64,000 nt of DNA from assembly GCA_903878805.1 (NCBI GenBank), contig CAIRJF010000030.1, positions 5,873 through 69,872 on the forward strand. The letters are read 5' to 3'. Below, one piece after another: positions 47,178 to 57,817 of this stretch; position 1 is the first letter of the stretch, and every line of letters starts with the position of its first letter. The notes beneath the pieces were generated by a model. The model had not been told where the DNA came from, did no database searches, and saw only the letters and a list, made by a program, of their open reading frames with translations. The position numbers and the translations under genes are program-made. This DNA is from an uncultured Verrucomicrobia subdivision 3 bacterium (lineage in GTDB: Bacteria; Verrucomicrobiota; Verrucomicrobiia; Limisphaerales; UBA11358).

Positions 47178-47382
47178 TTCACAGGTATATTTACGCCGTT
47201 GCGGAAAGGTAACAGCTTTTTTCACGCGCAATGTTTTCTATGGCTAATGCAAAGGCCAAGAAAAAATTAAATTCTAATGCGCGAAATCCCATTTATTTTG
47301 AAAACATTTATTGCGTCGCAGATTATTTTAAGTAAAAAATAAAGGAACGCGGACTTATCCATTCCGCGTTCACCTGAATAAA

Positions 47383-50300
47383 ATGCCGAAAGCTAATGAG
47401 ACTGGTGACGTGCGCTTGGGCGCACCACCGAAACAAGGACTCTACGACCCGCAGTTCGAGCACGATGCGTGCGGACTCGGCTTCGTTGTCAACATGAAGG
47501 GCAAGAAGTCGCACCAAATGGTCAGCGACGCCCTGCAAATTCTCGTCAACCTCGATCATCGCGGCGCGGTCGGCTGCGAGGCGAATACCGGCGACGGCGC
47601 GGGCATTCTCATTCAAGTCCCGCACGATTTTTTTGTGACGGAAGCGGCGCGCCTCGGTTTCAAACTTCCGGCAGTCGGCGAATACGGCGTCGGACAAATG
47701 TTTTTGCCGCCGAATCCCGGCGAACGTGAAGCGATTAAAAACGAATTCTCCAAAATCATTTCCGCCGAAGGTCAGACGCTGCTCGGCTGGCGCGATGTGC
47801 CGTTGAATAATTCTTCGCTCGGCAAAACAGCGGTGTCCGCCGAGCCGTTCATGGAACAGGTTTTTGTCGGACGCGGCGCGGCTATCAAAGACGAAGCGGC
47901 GTTTGAAAGAAAACTTTATGTCATCCGCAAAGTCGCGGAACAGACGATTCGTTACGGCAATAAATTTGCCGGTGGCAAATGGTTTTACGTTTCCAGTTTG
48001 TCGGCGCGCACGTTGACCTACAAAGGCATGTTGATGTCCGAGCAGGTGGAAAAGTATTACGACGATCTGCGGAATCCCGCCGTGACCACGGCCATCGCGC
48101 TCGTGCATTCGCGTTTTTCCACGAACACGTTCCCGAGCTGGGATCGCGCGCATCCGAATCGCTGCATCGCGCACAACGGCGAAATCAACACGCTGCGCGG
48201 TAACGTGAACTGGATGAAGGCTCGGCAGGCGCTGTTCACCAGCAAAATTTTCGGCGACGACCTGAAAAAAATTCTGCCCGTCATCAACACGGACGGCAGC
48301 GACTCGGCGCAGTTTGACAATTGCGTGGAGCTGCTCACGCTCGCGGGCCGCGAACTGCCGCACGCGATGATGATGATGATTCCCGAGCCGTGGGAAAATC
48401 ACGAGAGCATGGACGCGGAACGCAAAGCGTTCTACGAATTCCATTCCTGCTTGATGGAACCGTGGGATGGCCCGGCTTCCATGGCGTTCACGGACGGAAA
48501 ATTTATCGGCGCGTGCCTCGACCGTAACGGTCTGCGCCCGTCACGTTATTACGTCACTAAAGACGACGTAGTTATTATGGCGTCGGAAGCGGGCGTGCTG
48601 CCGGTCGCGCCGGAACGCATCGCGGTCAAAGGCCGTTTGCAGCCGGGCAAAATGTTTTTGGTGAGCCTCGAAGAAGGCCGCATCATCGCGGACGAAGAAC
48701 TGAAGAAAAAATATTCTTCCGCGCAGCCGTATGGCAAATGGCTGGAAGAAAATCACGTCCTGCTGAAAAATTTGCCGGAGCCGCCGCATTTGCATGAGGA
48801 CGATCACACGTCCATTTTGCAACGGCAGCAGGCGTTTGGTTACACGTTCGAGGATTTGCGTTTCATCGTCGGCCCGATGGCGCGCGACGGAATGCAGCCG
48901 CTCGGCTCGATGGGCACGGACACGCCGCTCGCGGTTTTGTCCGAGAAGCCGCAGTTGCTTTACAATTATTTCAAGCAACTTTTCGCGCAGGTCACGAACC
49001 CGCCGATTGATCCCATCCGCGAAGAAATTATTACTTCGACGGAAATCATGGTCGGCGGCGAAGGCAATCTTTTGGAACCAACGCCGGAAAGCGCGCGGCT
49101 CGTGAAAATGCACTATCCGATTCTCACGAACGAGGAATTGGAAAAGTTACGCCACATCAACCGCCCCGGTTTCAAATCCGTCACGCTGCCGATTTTGTTC
49201 AAAGTTGCGGACGGCGCGAATGGTCTGGCCGCCGCGCTGGAAAAAGTTTTCCACGCCGCTGACAAAGCCATTGTTGACGGCGCAAACATCGTTGTGCTGT
49301 CCGACCGTGGCGTCAGCGCCTCGCTCGCGCCGATTCCCGCGCTGCTAGCCGTTTCCGGTTTACATCATCATCTCATCCGCAGCGGCACTCGCACGAAAAT
49401 TGGTTTGATTCTCGAATCCGGCGAACCGCGCGAGGTGCATCATTTCTCCGTGCTCATCGGTTACGGCTGCACGGCCATCAATCCGTATCTCGCTTACGAG
49501 ACGATTGCGGATTTGATGCGCGAAAAACTTTTGGCGGAAACCGACCATAAAGTTGCCGTCAAAAAATTCATCAAGGCAGCTGTCAAAGGTGTCGTCAAAA
49601 CGATGGCCAAGATGGGTATCTCGACGATTCAAAGTTATCACGGCGCGCAGATTTTTGAAGCCATTGGCATCAACAGCGAAGTCGTGGAAAAATATTTCAC
49701 CTGGACGCCATCGCGCATTCAAGGCATCGGCTTGGAAGTCATCGGCGAAGAAGCGCTCGCGCGCCATGCGCGCGCGTTCCCGCGCGAATCGGTCAACACG
49801 GAACTCGACGCGGGCGGCCAATACCAATGGCGCGATGGCGGCGAACAGCATTTGTTCAATCCGCAGACGATTCACAAATTGCAGACCGCGTGCCGGCTCG
49901 GCAGCGAAAAAATTTATCGCGAATACGCGGACATTATTAATGACCGCGCGAAAACGCTTTGCACCTTGCGCGGGCTTTTAGATTTCAAATTTGCGGAAAC
50001 GGCGATTCCAATTGAAGAAGTTGAATCCGTGGAAAATATTGTCAAACGTTTCAAAACCGGCGCGATGAGTTACGGGTCAATCAGCAAAGAAGCGCACGAA
50101 ACACTCGCCATCGCGATGAACCGTCTCGGCGGAAAATCCAACACCGGCGAAGGTGGCGAAGATCCGGCGCGTTATACTTTGGAGACAAATGGCGACTCGA
50201 AAAATTCTGCCATCAAGCAAGTTGCGAGCGGACGTTTCGGCGTAACGAGCAACTATCTCGTTCACGCAAACGAGCTGCAAATCAAGTTGTCGCAGGGCGC

Positions 50301-51990
50301 GAAGCCCGGTGAAGGTGGCGAGTTGCCCGGCAAAAAAGTTTATCCGCCTATCGCCAAAACGCGCGGCACGACGGCCGGCGTCGGTTTGATTTCGCCGCCG
50401 CCGCATCATGATATTTACTCCATCGAAGATTTGGCGGAGTTGATTCACGATTTGAAAAATTCAAATCGCGACGCGCGCATCAGCGTGAAACTCGTCGCCG
50501 AAGTCGGCGTTGGCACGGTCGCAGCGGGCGTCGCGAAAGCGCACGCGGATGTCGTTTTGATTTCCGGCCACGACGGCGGCACGGGCGCGTCGCCGTTGTC
50601 TTCCATCAAACACGCGGGCGGTCCGTGGGAACTTGGCCTCGCGGAAACGCATCAGACGCTCGTGCTAAACAATCTTCGCAGCCGCATTTATGTCGAAGCG
50701 GACGGCCAATTGAAAACCGGCCGTGACGTGGCGATTGCCGCATTGCTCGGCGCGGAAGAATTTGGTTTTGCCACCGCGCCGCTCGTCGTGATGGGTTGCA
50801 TAATGATGCGCGTTTGTCATCTGAACACCTGCCCCGTCGGCGTCGCAACGCAAGACCCGCGCTTGCGCAAACGCTTCACCGGCGAGCCGGAACACGTCGT
50901 CAATTTCATGCGCTTCATCGCGCTGGAACTGCGCGAGATCATGGCGAAACTTGGTTTCCGCAAACTAGAAGACATGGTTGGCCGCACGGATAAATTGATT
51001 CCGTGGAAGGCGATTGAACATTGGAAAGCCAGCGGCATTGACATCTCGCCGATTTTGCATCGTCCCGACATAGGCGCTGACGTCGGCCGTTTCCGTTCGC
51101 AAGATCAGGATCACGGTCTGGAAAAATCTTTGGACGTGACGAAGTTGCTTGCCATCTGCAAACCGGCGATTGAACGCGGCGAAAAAGTTCGCGCCGAACT
51201 GCCGATCATCAACGTGAACCGCGTCGTCGGCACGATTGTCGGCAGCGAAATCACTAAGCAGCATGGGCCGAACGGCTTGCCGGAAGACACGGTGCTTCTG
51301 AAATTCAACGGCAGCGCTGGTCAAAGCTTCGGCGCGTTCATGCCGAAAGGAATGACGCACGAACTCGAAGGCGATGCGAATGATTATTTCGGCAAAGGCC
51401 TGAGCGGCGGCAAATTGATTGTGTATCCGCCGAAAGGTTCAACCTTTGCTGCGGAAGAAAATATAATCATCGGCAACGTGGCGCTTTACGGTGCGACGGC
51501 TGGCGAAATTTTTGTGCGTGGCGTGGCGGGCGAACGCTTCGGCGTCCGCAACTCCGGCGTGAACGCAGTCGTCGAAGGCGTGGGCGACCACGGCTGCGAA
51601 TACATGACTGGTGGCCGCGTGGTGATTCTCGGCAAGACCGGACGCAACTTCGCCGCGGGCATGAGCGGCGGCGTGGCTTACGTGCTGGATGAAGCCGGCG
51701 ATTTTGCAACGCGCTGCAACATGGAATTGGTCGGCCTCGAAAAATTGGAAGACGTGGACGAAATCGGGGAAGTCTGGAAATTAATCCAGCGCCACAAGAC
51801 GCTCACCCACAGCGAACGCGCTGTAAAAATTCTAGGCGACTGGAAAAATTTCATTCCGAAATTTGTCAAAGTCATGCCGCAGGATTACAAGCGCGTTTTG
51901 ATCTCGCTCAAAAAAGTGCAGTCGCAAGGCTTGAGCGGTGACGACGCCATTATGGCAGCTTTTGAGGAAAATGTTAAGGGCGGTCACTAA
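47383..51990 (+). CDS. gltB: glutamate synthase large subunit
   Basis: 1535 aa with the N-terminal Ntn amidotransferase Cys (HDACGLGFV), an FMN/3Fe-4S central domain ([13 protein letters not shown]) and a C-terminal GXGXG domain. Confidence 0.95.
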   Translation: MPKANETGDVRLGAPPKQGLYDPQFEHDACGLGFVVNMKGKKSHQMVSDALQILVNLDHRGAVGCEANTGDGAGILIQVPHDFFVTEAARLGFKLPAVGEYGVGQMFLPPNPGEREAIKNEFSKIISAEGQTLLGWRDVPLNNSSLGKTAVSAEPFMEQVFVGRGAAIKDEAAFERKLYVIRKVAEQTIRYGNKFAGGKWFYVSSLSARTLTYKGMLMSEQVEKYYDDLRNPAVTTAIALVHSRFSTNTFPSWDRAHPNRCIAHNGEINTLRGNVNWMKARQALFTSKIFGDDLKKILPVINTDGSDSAQFDNCVELLTLAGRELPHAMMMMIPEPWENHESMDAERKAFYEFHSCLMEPWDGPASMAFTDGKFIGACLDRNGLRPSRYYVTKDDVVIMASEAGVLPVAPERIAVKGRLQPGKMFLVSLEEGRIIADEELKKKYSSAQPYGKWLEENHVLLKNLPEPPHLHEDDHTSILQRQQAFGYTFEDLRFIVGPMARDGMQPLGSMGTDTPLAVLSEKPQLLYNYFKQLFAQVTNPPIDPIREEIITSTEIMVGGEGNLLEPTPESARLVKMHYPILTNEELEKLRHINRPGFKSVTLPILFKVADGANGLAAALEKVFHAADKAIVDGANIVVLSDRGVSASLAPIPALLAVSGLHHHLIRSGTRTKIGLILESGEPREVHHFSVLIGYGCTAINPYLAYETIADLMREKLLAETDHKVAVKKFIKAAVKGVVKTMAKMGISTIQSYHGAQIFEAIGINSEVVEKYFTWTPSRIQGIGLEVIGEEALARHARAFPRESVNTELDAGGQYQWRDGGEQHLFNPQTIHKLQTACRLGSEKIYREYADIINDRAKTLCTLRGLLDFKFAETAIPIEEVESVENIVKRFKTGAMSYGSISKEAHETLAIAMNRLGGKSNTGEGGEDPARYTLETNGDSKNSAIKQVASGRFGVTSNYLVHANELQIKLSQGAKPGEGGELPGKKVYPPIAKTRGTTAGVGLISPPPHHDIYSIEDLAELIHDLKNSNRDARISVKLVAEVGVGTVAAGVAKAHADVVLISGHDGGTGASPLSSIKHAGGPWELGLAETHQTLVLNNLRSRIYVEADGQLKTGRDVAIAALLGAEEFGFATAPLVVMGCIMMRVCHLNTCPVGVATQDPRLRKRFTGEPEHVVNFMRFIALELREIMAKLGFRKLEDMVGRTDKLIPWKAIEHWKASGIDISPILHRPDIGADVGRFRSQDQDHGLEKSLDVTKLLAICKPAIERGEKVRAELPIINVNRVVGTIVGSEITKQHGPNGLPEDTVLLKFNGSAGQSFGAFMPKGMTHELEGDANDYFGKGLSGGKLIVYPPKGSTFAAEENIIIGNVALYGATAGEIFVRGVAGERFGVRNSGVNAVVEGVGDHGCEYMTGGRVVILGKTGRNFAAGMSGGVAYVLDEAGDFATRCNMELVGLEKLEDVDEIGEVWKLIQRHKTLTHSERAVKILGDWKNFIPKFVKVMPQDYKRVLISLKKVQSQGLSGDDAIMAAFEENVKGGH

Positions 51991-52028
51991 ACTCACATAA
52001 ATAATTTAGAATTAAAACCTAAAATAAG

Positions 52029-53513
52029 ATGGGAAAACCTACTGGATTTTTAGAGTTCCAACGCGAGTTGCCGAAGGATCGTTTGCCGCTCGAACGTGTG
52101 CTGGACTGGAAGGAAATTCACCTACACCAATCCGAAGCCGACCTGAAGAAACAAGGCGCGCGCTGCATGGATTGCGGCATTCCATTCTGCCACACCGGCC
52201 AGCTCGTCAGCGGCATGGCCAGCGGCTGCCCGATTCACAACTTGATTCCTGAATGGAATGATTTGGTTTATCGCGGGCTCTGGCGCGAAGCACTCGACCG
52301 CCTGCACAAGACGAATAATTTTCCCGAGTTCACCGGCCGCGTGTGTCCGGCTCCATGCGAAGGTTCGTGTGTGCTCGGCATCAACAATCCGCCGGTCACA
52401 ATCAAGAACATCGAGGTCAGCATCATTGACCACGGCTGGGAAAACGGCTGGGTCGTCGCGGAAGCGCCGAAGAAACGCACGGGCAAAAAAGTCGCCGTCA
52501 TCGGCTCTGGTCCCGCTGGACTTTCGGCAGCCGCACAGTTGAACAAAGCCGGCCACGAAGTCACCGTGTTTGAACGTGCGGACCGTCCCGGCGGTTTGCT
52601 CATGTATGGCATTCCGAATATGAAACTCGACAAAAACGAAGTCGTGCTGCGCCGCTTGAAAATTCTCCAAGCCGAAGGGATCAAATTTGTCTGCAACACG
52701 GAAGTCGGAAAAAATCTGCCGGCGGAAAAATTGTTGAAAGAATTTGACGCCGTGATTCTCGCGACCGGCGCAACCAAGCCGCGTGATTTACCAATTGAAG
52801 GCCGCCAACTCAAAGGAATTCATTTCGCGATGGATTTTTTAACAGCGAACACGAAAAGCATTTTGGATTCGCACAAGAACGGAAATTTTATTGATGCCAC
52901 AGGCAAAGACGTCGTGGTCATAGGCGGCGGCGACACGGGCACGGATTGCGTTGGCACTTCGATTCGGCATGACTGCAAGTCGCTCGTGCAGGTGGAAATT
53001 TTGCCAAAGCCGCCGCTGGAACGCGCCAAGGATAATCCTTGGCCCGAATGGCCGAAGACTTACAAGCTTGATTACGGACAGGAAGAAGCCGCCGCGAAAT
53101 TCGGCGCGGATCCGCGCGTCTATTTGACCACCGCAACCAAATTTGAAGGTGATGCCAGCGGTCATGTAAAAGCTGTTCACACGGTGCAAGTCGAATGGAC
53201 AAAAAATGACAAAGACCAGTTCGTTCCAAAAAATGTTCCCGGCACGGAAAAAGTTTTGCCCGCGCAACTCGTCCTGCTCGCGATGGGTTTTCTCGGACCG
53301 GAACAGCCGCTGCTCGACTCGCTCGGCATCGAACGCGACGCGCGCAGCAATGCGAAGGCGGAGTTCGAAAAATACACTACGAACATCCCGAAAGTTTTTG
53401 CCGCCGGCGACTGTCGTCGCGGCCAAAGCCTCGTCGTGTGGGCTTTCAACGAAGGCCGCGGCGCGGCGCGCGAGTGCGACCGTTTTCTGATGGGCGCGAC
53501 GGATTTGCCCTGA
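52029..53513 (+). CDS. gltD: glutamate synthase small subunit (NAD(P)H-dependent)
   Basis: 494 aa with Fe-S Cys clusters ([18 protein letters not shown]) and dinucleotide folds [14 protein letters not shown] and [13 protein letters not shown]. Confidence 0.93.
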   Translation: MGKPTGFLEFQRELPKDRLPLERVLDWKEIHLHQSEADLKKQGARCMDCGIPFCHTGQLVSGMASGCPIHNLIPEWNDLVYRGLWREALDRLHKTNNFPEFTGRVCPAPCEGSCVLGINNPPVTIKNIEVSIIDHGWENGWVVAEAPKKRTGKKVAVIGSGPAGLSAAAQLNKAGHEVTVFERADRPGGLLMYGIPNMKLDKNEVVLRRLKILQAEGIKFVCNTEVGKNLPAEKLLKEFDAVILATGATKPRDLPIEGRQLKGIHFAMDFLTANTKSILDSHKNGNFIDATGKDVVVIGGGDTGTDCVGTSIRHDCKSLVQVEILPKPPLERAKDNPWPEWPKTYKLDYGQEEAAAKFGADPRVYLTTATKFEGDASGHVKAVHTVQVEWTKNDKDQFVPKNVPGTEKVLPAQLVLLAMGFLGPEQPLLDSLGIERDARSNAKAEFEKYTTNIPKVFAAGDCRRGQSLVVWAFNEGRGAARECDRFLMGATDLP

Positions 53514-53527
53514 ACACCGGGCAATTT

Positions 53528-53899
53528 ATGTCACAGCCGCTCGCGATTTTTTTCTACGAACGTCTCATGCCCGGTAGCCAGTTGGTAAACCGGCTGCAGG
53601 ATTTAAATTATCGCGTTCTCGCACTTGATAATGCCGCGCGGCTCGCTGCCACGGTTCAGCGAGAAAAGCCGCTTTTGGTTTTCGCCGATCTGGATGCCAA
53701 GGGCGATGTCACTGCGGCTATAAAAAAGATTAAAGCCGATGAAGCAACCAGCCATGTGCCCATCGTTGGATTTGCGCCGGATAATGCTCCCGACTTACTA
53801 ACTGCCGGACAGGAATCTGGTGCCAATCTGGCCGTGACTGAAAGTGCGCTCACCGGTCACCTGTCGCAAATTTTGGAGCAGGCGCTCCATGTGGACTAG
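53528..53899 (+). CDS. stand-alone receiver-like (possibly pseudo-receiver) domain protein
   Basis: Start at MSQPLAIFFYE (53528), 14 nt after the gltD stop. The fold pattern is CheY-like (..LLVFADLDAKGD.., ..VPIVGFAP..), but the N-terminal acidic pair is not evident. Confidence 0.55.
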   Translation: MSQPLAIFFYERLMPGSQLVNRLQDLNYRVLALDNAARLAATVQREKPLLVFADLDAKGDVTAAIKKIKADEATSHVPIVGFAPDNAPDLLTAGQESGANLAVTESALTGHLSQILEQALHVD

Positions 53900-53912
53900 G
53901 CATAACTTTCCC

Positions 53913-53941
53913 TTGACGGAAGCATGGATTAATTTCATAGT
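53913..53941 (+). promoter_or_regulatory. sigma-70-type promoter of the cold-shock protein gene (about 105-nt 5'UTR)
   Basis: TTGACG, a 17-nt spacer, then CATAGT. The downstream leader contains the hairpin ACGGACG...CGTCCGT. Confidence 0.4.
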
Positions 53942-54052
53942 CGCGGCACAACACCGAGGCATGATTATTTGGGAAAAGTGATGTTTCACGGACGCGGCTG
54001 AACCAGCTACGTCCGTTTCATTTTTCTACGGCCTCGCAAATCAGGAGTAGTT

Positions 54053-54262
54053 ATGGCCAGTGGCAAAGTAAAATGGTTCGACAACAAAAAGGGGTTTGGC
54101 TTCATCGCCGATGATGCGGGACAAGACGTGTTCGTGCATCACACCTCCATCATCGGTTCCGGATATAAAACATTGAACGAAGGCGAAACAGTCACCTTTG
54201 AGATTCTGCCGGGTGAAAAAGGGCTCAAAGCCGGGAACGTCCAGCGCGACAACCCGACCTGA
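54053..54262 (+). CDS. CspA-family cold-shock protein
   Basis: 69 aa: GKVKWFDNKKGFGFI (RNP1) and DVFVHHTSI (RNP2). The SD AGGAG lies upstream. Confidence 0.93.
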   Translation: MASGKVKWFDNKKGFGFIADDAGQDVFVHHTSIIGSGYKTLNEGETVTFEILPGEKGLKAGNVQRDNPT

Positions 54263-54313
54263 TCGCCGGCGAATTTCATTCACGTCCGCCAATGGCTTCG
54301 CTAACCTGAAGCC

Positions 54314-55477
54314 ATGTTGGAATTGTCGCCCGCTCCCGTCACTAGCCTCTACGTTCATGTCCCGTTCTGCGCGCAGAAATGCGAATACTGCGCGTTCTAT
54401 TCCGAAGCTTCTTCCGGCGAACTCATCAACCGCTACGTCAACGCGCTCGTCCGCGAACTGGAAATCGTCGCGGCCGATTTGAAACCGAAAACCATTTTTT
54501 TTGGCGGCGGCACTCCATCGCTTTTAAATTTGCGCCAGTGGGAAACCATTTTGCGCGCCATGGAAAAATTTAATCTCCTCGGCGCGGAAGAGTTTACCAT
54601 CGAGAGCAATCCCGCCACCGTCTCGGCAGATAAATCCAAATTGCTCCGCGATTTCGGCGTGAACCGCATCTCGATGGGCGTGCAATCGCTTGATGAAAAA
54701 TTGCTCGACCGACTCGGCCGCATTCATTCGCGCGAGCAGGTTTTTAAATCCTTCGACACTCTGCGCGCCGCCGGCTTTGAAAATATTAATCTCGATTTGA
54801 TGTTCGCCATTCCCACGCAGACGATGGAAATCTGGCGCGCGACTTTGAACGAGACGATGGCGATGCAAAGCGAACATCTTTCCAGCTACGAAGTGATTTA
54901 CGAAGACGACACGCCGCTCTACGAACAGCTCAAAGCCGGCGAATTTTCCGTCGACGAAGAACTCGGCTGCGCGATGTATGAAGAACTGATTTCAGCTGCA
55001 ACCAACGGTGGTTTTCACCAATACGAAATCGCCAACTTTGCGCGCGGCGAATTAAACAGAGAAAAAATTCCTGCGCGTGTCTGCCAACACAACGTCAATT
55101 ACTGGCGCGGTGGAAATTTCTATGGACTCGGTCCCAGCGCAACCGGCTATGTGCGCGGTGTGCGGACAAAAAATTGGTCGAACACGCCGTTGTATTGCGA
55201 CCAGTTGGAAAAAGGCAAACGCGCCATCGAATCTAGCGAGGAACTGCCGCCCCTGCGCCGCGCCGGCGAAATCGCTGCGTTCGGTTTACGCATGAACGCC
55301 GGCTGGCCGTTTGCCGATTTCAAAAGCACTACAGACTTCGATTTGCGAAACGAATGGGATTGCGAAATGAACCAATTGGCCGAACGCGGTTGGGCCATGC
55401 GGGATGCTGAAAAATTCCATCTCACGCATCAGGGATTACGTTTCGCTGATGCAGCGGCGGAAATGTTTCTGCGGTGA
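54314..55477 (+). CDS. hemW: radical SAM heme chaperone HemW (HemN-like, oxygen-independent coproporphyrinogen oxidase family)
   Basis: 387 aa with LYVHVPFCAQKCEYCAFY (CX3CX2C) and FFGGGTPS. Confidence 0.88.
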   Translation: MLELSPAPVTSLYVHVPFCAQKCEYCAFYSEASSGELINRYVNALVRELEIVAADLKPKTIFFGGGTPSLLNLRQWETILRAMEKFNLLGAEEFTIESNPATVSADKSKLLRDFGVNRISMGVQSLDEKLLDRLGRIHSREQVFKSFDTLRAAGFENINLDLMFAIPTQTMEIWRATLNETMAMQSEHLSSYEVIYEDDTPLYEQLKAGEFSVDEELGCAMYEELISAATNGGFHQYEIANFARGELNREKIPARVCQHNVNYWRGGNFYGLGPSATGYVRGVRTKNWSNTPLYCDQLEKGKRAIESSEELPPLRRAGEIAAFGLRMNAGWPFADFKSTTDFDLRNEWDCEMNQLAERGWAMRDAEKFHLTHQGLRFADAAAEMFLR

Positions 55478-55479
55478 AA

Positions 55480-57015
55480 TCAGCCTAGCGGCAGCCGAAC
55501 GGTAAAAGTTGTTCCCGCATGTTCTTCACTCGCCACTTCAATCGTGCCGCCGTGCGCCTCGACAATGGCTTTTGTGATAGCGAGGCCAAGCCCGGAATTT
55601 CCTGCACCCGTGCGCGACGAATCGGCGCGGAAAAATCTGCCAAAAACTTGCGGCAGATTTTCGGCAGCAATCCCCTGCCCCGTGTCCGCCACGGTTAAAA
55701 CGGCCAATCCATTTTGCGATTCCAGCGTCACGCGCACTTTGCCGTCTGGATTGTTATATTGAATTGCGTTGGTCAGTAGATTCGTGACGACTTGCGCGAG
55801 CCTCTCGGAATCGCCAATGATTTCAATGGGTTCAGCTTCAACCGAAATCTTCACGCCGCGATCGTCCGCGAGCGGCAGGACGAGTTCGGCGCAATCGGAA
55901 ATGGTTTTTGAAAAATCAAATTGCTGGTGTTTTAAAATTTCTTGGCCGGCGTCGAAGCGCGCGAGCGCGAGCAGCGACTCGATCAATTTCCGCATCCGCT
56001 GCGCCGCGCGCTGGCAGGCTTCGACAGTTTGTTTGTAACTGACAGCATCGCGCTCACGGTTCAGCGCGGTTTGCGTTTGCGTGAGGATGACTGAAACGGG
56101 CGTGCGCAGTTCGTGCGCGGCATCGGACGCAAATTGTTTCTGCTGCGTGAATGCCGTTTCCAACCGTGCGAAGGTGGAATTTAAAACCGCTGCGAGCTGG
56201 CCGAGTTCGCTTTCAGTTTCCGCCGTGTTGATGCGCTGCGACAAATCGCCAGCGGAAATTTTCACTGCTGTCGCGCTGATTTCCGAGACCGGACTGAGAG
56301 CGCGCCCAACGAACCACCAACCGCCCGCAAGTCCGACAATCAGCACCGTGCCACCGACCAGCAGCAGGCTCAAGGCCGTTCGCCGCAGGTCTTTCAGCTC
56401 CGGCGCAACGGAGCAACCGACAGTGACAATCTCCTCGGAGGGCAACTGGCTGGCAGCTTCGCGATACGTGTCGAAGCTAACCAGTTTCACGGGCAGTCCG
56501 CTCTTGCCAACTGTGTCGGCGACTTGATTAACCGGTTGAAAATAGTTGTCGGAATTATGCAGACGATTATCCGGCTGGTTCGTGGTGGCGGCGATTTGGT
56601 CGCCGTCGCGATTCACGATGCGATAATAGTAATGGTGCGGATCGCCGGCCTCGAAGAAATGTATATCCTGCGCGGGCAAACTGAATTCAGGAAAGCGCCG
56701 GCCGTTGCGATCAGGAAAATTCTCGCCGGGAAAATTTTGCTCCGGCGGCAGGCCGTCCGGCGGCGGACCGTCAAAATTTTGTCCGCGCTGAAACTGGCTT
56801 GGTGGCGGACGGTTGCCATTCAACCCGCGCGGCGGCGGACGATGCAGGGCGTTCGCAAGCACGCCAATGCGACGGTGCAATTCCTGATCCACCTGCCGAA
56901 ATTGGCGGTTGCGATCCAGTTGATACGCGGTGATGCCGAAGCCCGCGAGCACGACGACAAGAATCAAACCATACCAGATTTGCAGCCGCCATTTGATGGA
57001 TTTGAAAATTTTCAT
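55480..57015 (-). CDS. sensor histidine kinase (2 TM, Pro/Gly-rich periplasmic domain, HAMP, HisKA, HATPase)
   Basis: The start ATG at 57015 overlaps the RR stop (ATGA). It has the H-box FASDAAHELRTPVS, the N-box LLTNAIQYN, G1 DTGQGI and G2 GNSGLGLA. The periplasmic segment is rich in PPP/GNRPPP/DGPPPDG. Confidence 0.88.
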   Translation of the reverse strand: MKIFKSIKWRLQIWYGLILVVVLAGFGITAYQLDRNRQFRQVDQELHRRIGVLANALHRPPPRGLNGNRPPPSQFQRGQNFDGPPPDGLPPEQNFPGENFPDRNGRRFPEFSLPAQDIHFFEAGDPHHYYYRIVNRDGDQIAATTNQPDNRLHNSDNYFQPVNQVADTVGKSGLPVKLVSFDTYREAASQLPSEEIVTVGCSVAPELKDLRRTALSLLLVGGTVLIVGLAGGWWFVGRALSPVSEISATAVKISAGDLSQRINTAETESELGQLAAVLNSTFARLETAFTQQKQFASDAAHELRTPVSVILTQTQTALNRERDAVSYKQTVEACQRAAQRMRKLIESLLALARFDAGQEILKHQQFDFSKTISDCAELVLPLADDRGVKISVEAEPIEIIGDSERLAQVVTNLLTNAIQYNNPDGKVRVTLESQNGLAVLTVADTGQGIAAENLPQVFGRFFRADSSRTGAGNSGLGLAITKAIVEAHGGTIEVASEEHAGTTFTVRLPLG

Positions 57016-57662
57016 TCGATGCAATAGCCGTGACCGCGCCGGGTGGCGATGAATTCCGCACCGAGTTTTTTGCGCACGTTGGAAACGTGAACGTCCAAAA
57101 GATTTGAAAGAGAACTTTCGTTCTCGTCAAAAAGGTGTTCGTAAAGTTGTGTGCGCGTGACGACTTCGCCGCGGTGCAGCGCGAGAAATTCCACGAGCGC
57201 GTATTCGCGTGCGGTGATTTCCACTGCTTTATCTTTGAAGAAAACATTACGCGCGGCGGTGTCAATTTTCACGTCGCCTATTTCAATGACATTCGTGGTC
57301 TTGTTCGCGCTGCGGCGGATGACGGCGCGGAGACGCGCAAAAACTTCTTCGAGGTCGAACGGCTTGACGACGTAATCATCTGCGCCGTTGTCGAGGCCTT
57401 TCACGCGGTCGCGCGTCTGGTCACGCGCGGTAAGCATGAGCACGGGCGTTTTTTTAGTTTTGCGTAGGCGTTTTAAAATTTCCCATCCGTCAATTCCGGG
57501 CAACATCACGTCTAAAATTATTGCGTCGTAGTCCGTGCCTTCGGCGTTGAATAGGCCGTCGTCGCCGTTGTCGGCGGTGTCCACGGCATAGCCTTCCTCG
57601 CGCAACGCCTGCGCGAGACTCGCGAGCAAATCGGGTTCGTCTTCAACGATGAGAATTCTCAT
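57012..57662 (-). CDS. OmpR/PhoB-family response regulator
   Basis: MRILIVEDEPDL..., DAIILDVMLPGIDG, LMLTARD, a winged-helix C-terminus (LTAREYALVEFLALHRGEVVTR) and ..RRGHGYCI. Confidence 0.9.
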   Translation of the reverse strand: MRILIVEDEPDLLASLAQALREEGYAVDTADNGDDGLFNAEGTDYDAIILDVMLPGIDGWEILKRLRKTKKTPVLMLTARDQTRDRVKGLDNGADDYVVKPFDLEEVFARLRAVIRRSANKTTNVIEIGDVKIDTAARNVFFKDKAVEITAREYALVEFLALHRGEVVTRTQLYEHLFDENESSLSNLLDVHVSNVRKKLGAEFIATRRGHGYCIE

Positions 57663-57774
57663 GTGCGTGTGCGCGGCCATTCATAACATGACCGCGCAAG
57701 GTCGTCACGTTCGCAAAATCAACCTTAAGGCCAGATGAAGAAAATAATTGCACAGCGCTGCGCAAAAAATTGCT

Positions 57775-57811
57775 TGGCTTCATTCTGGCTTAAGGTTCAT
57801 TCGCGTAAAGT
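57775..57811 (+). promoter_or_regulatory. candidate response-regulator box + -10 element immediately upstream of the YHYH operon start codon
   Basis: tGGCTTcattctGGCTTAAGGTTcattcgcgTAAAGTcgcgacATG. The GGCTT direct repeat has 11-bp periodicity. The element is identical in sequence and spacing to the one at 62647-62683. The -10-like hexamer lies 6 nt before the ATG, implying a leaderless transcript. Confidence 0.5.
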
Positions 57812-57817
57812 CGCGAC

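Noticed and set aside
47323-48444. A 373-aa ORF on the minus strand.
   Set aside because: It is antisense to the 5' part of gltB, whose identity is certain, so it is a shadow ORF. The same reasoning applies to 3688..4737(-), 39149..40075(+), 24537..25331(+), 27564..28586(+) and the many other overlapping ORFs in the track.
55475-55482. The convergent hemW and histidine-kinase genes, whose stop codons are only 2 nt apart with no terminator.
   Set aside because: The observation is real but unremarkable in compact genomes. There is no structure to analyse.
57786-57800. Reading the shared GGCTTAAGGTT motif as a sigma-54 -24/-12 promoter (TGG-N8/9-TTG/TTC).
   Set aside because: The GG-to-GC spacing and the -12 GC do not fit in the copy at 57786, and fit only loosely at 62658. 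The 11-bp direct-repeat plus -10 interpretation explains both copies with identical spacing.
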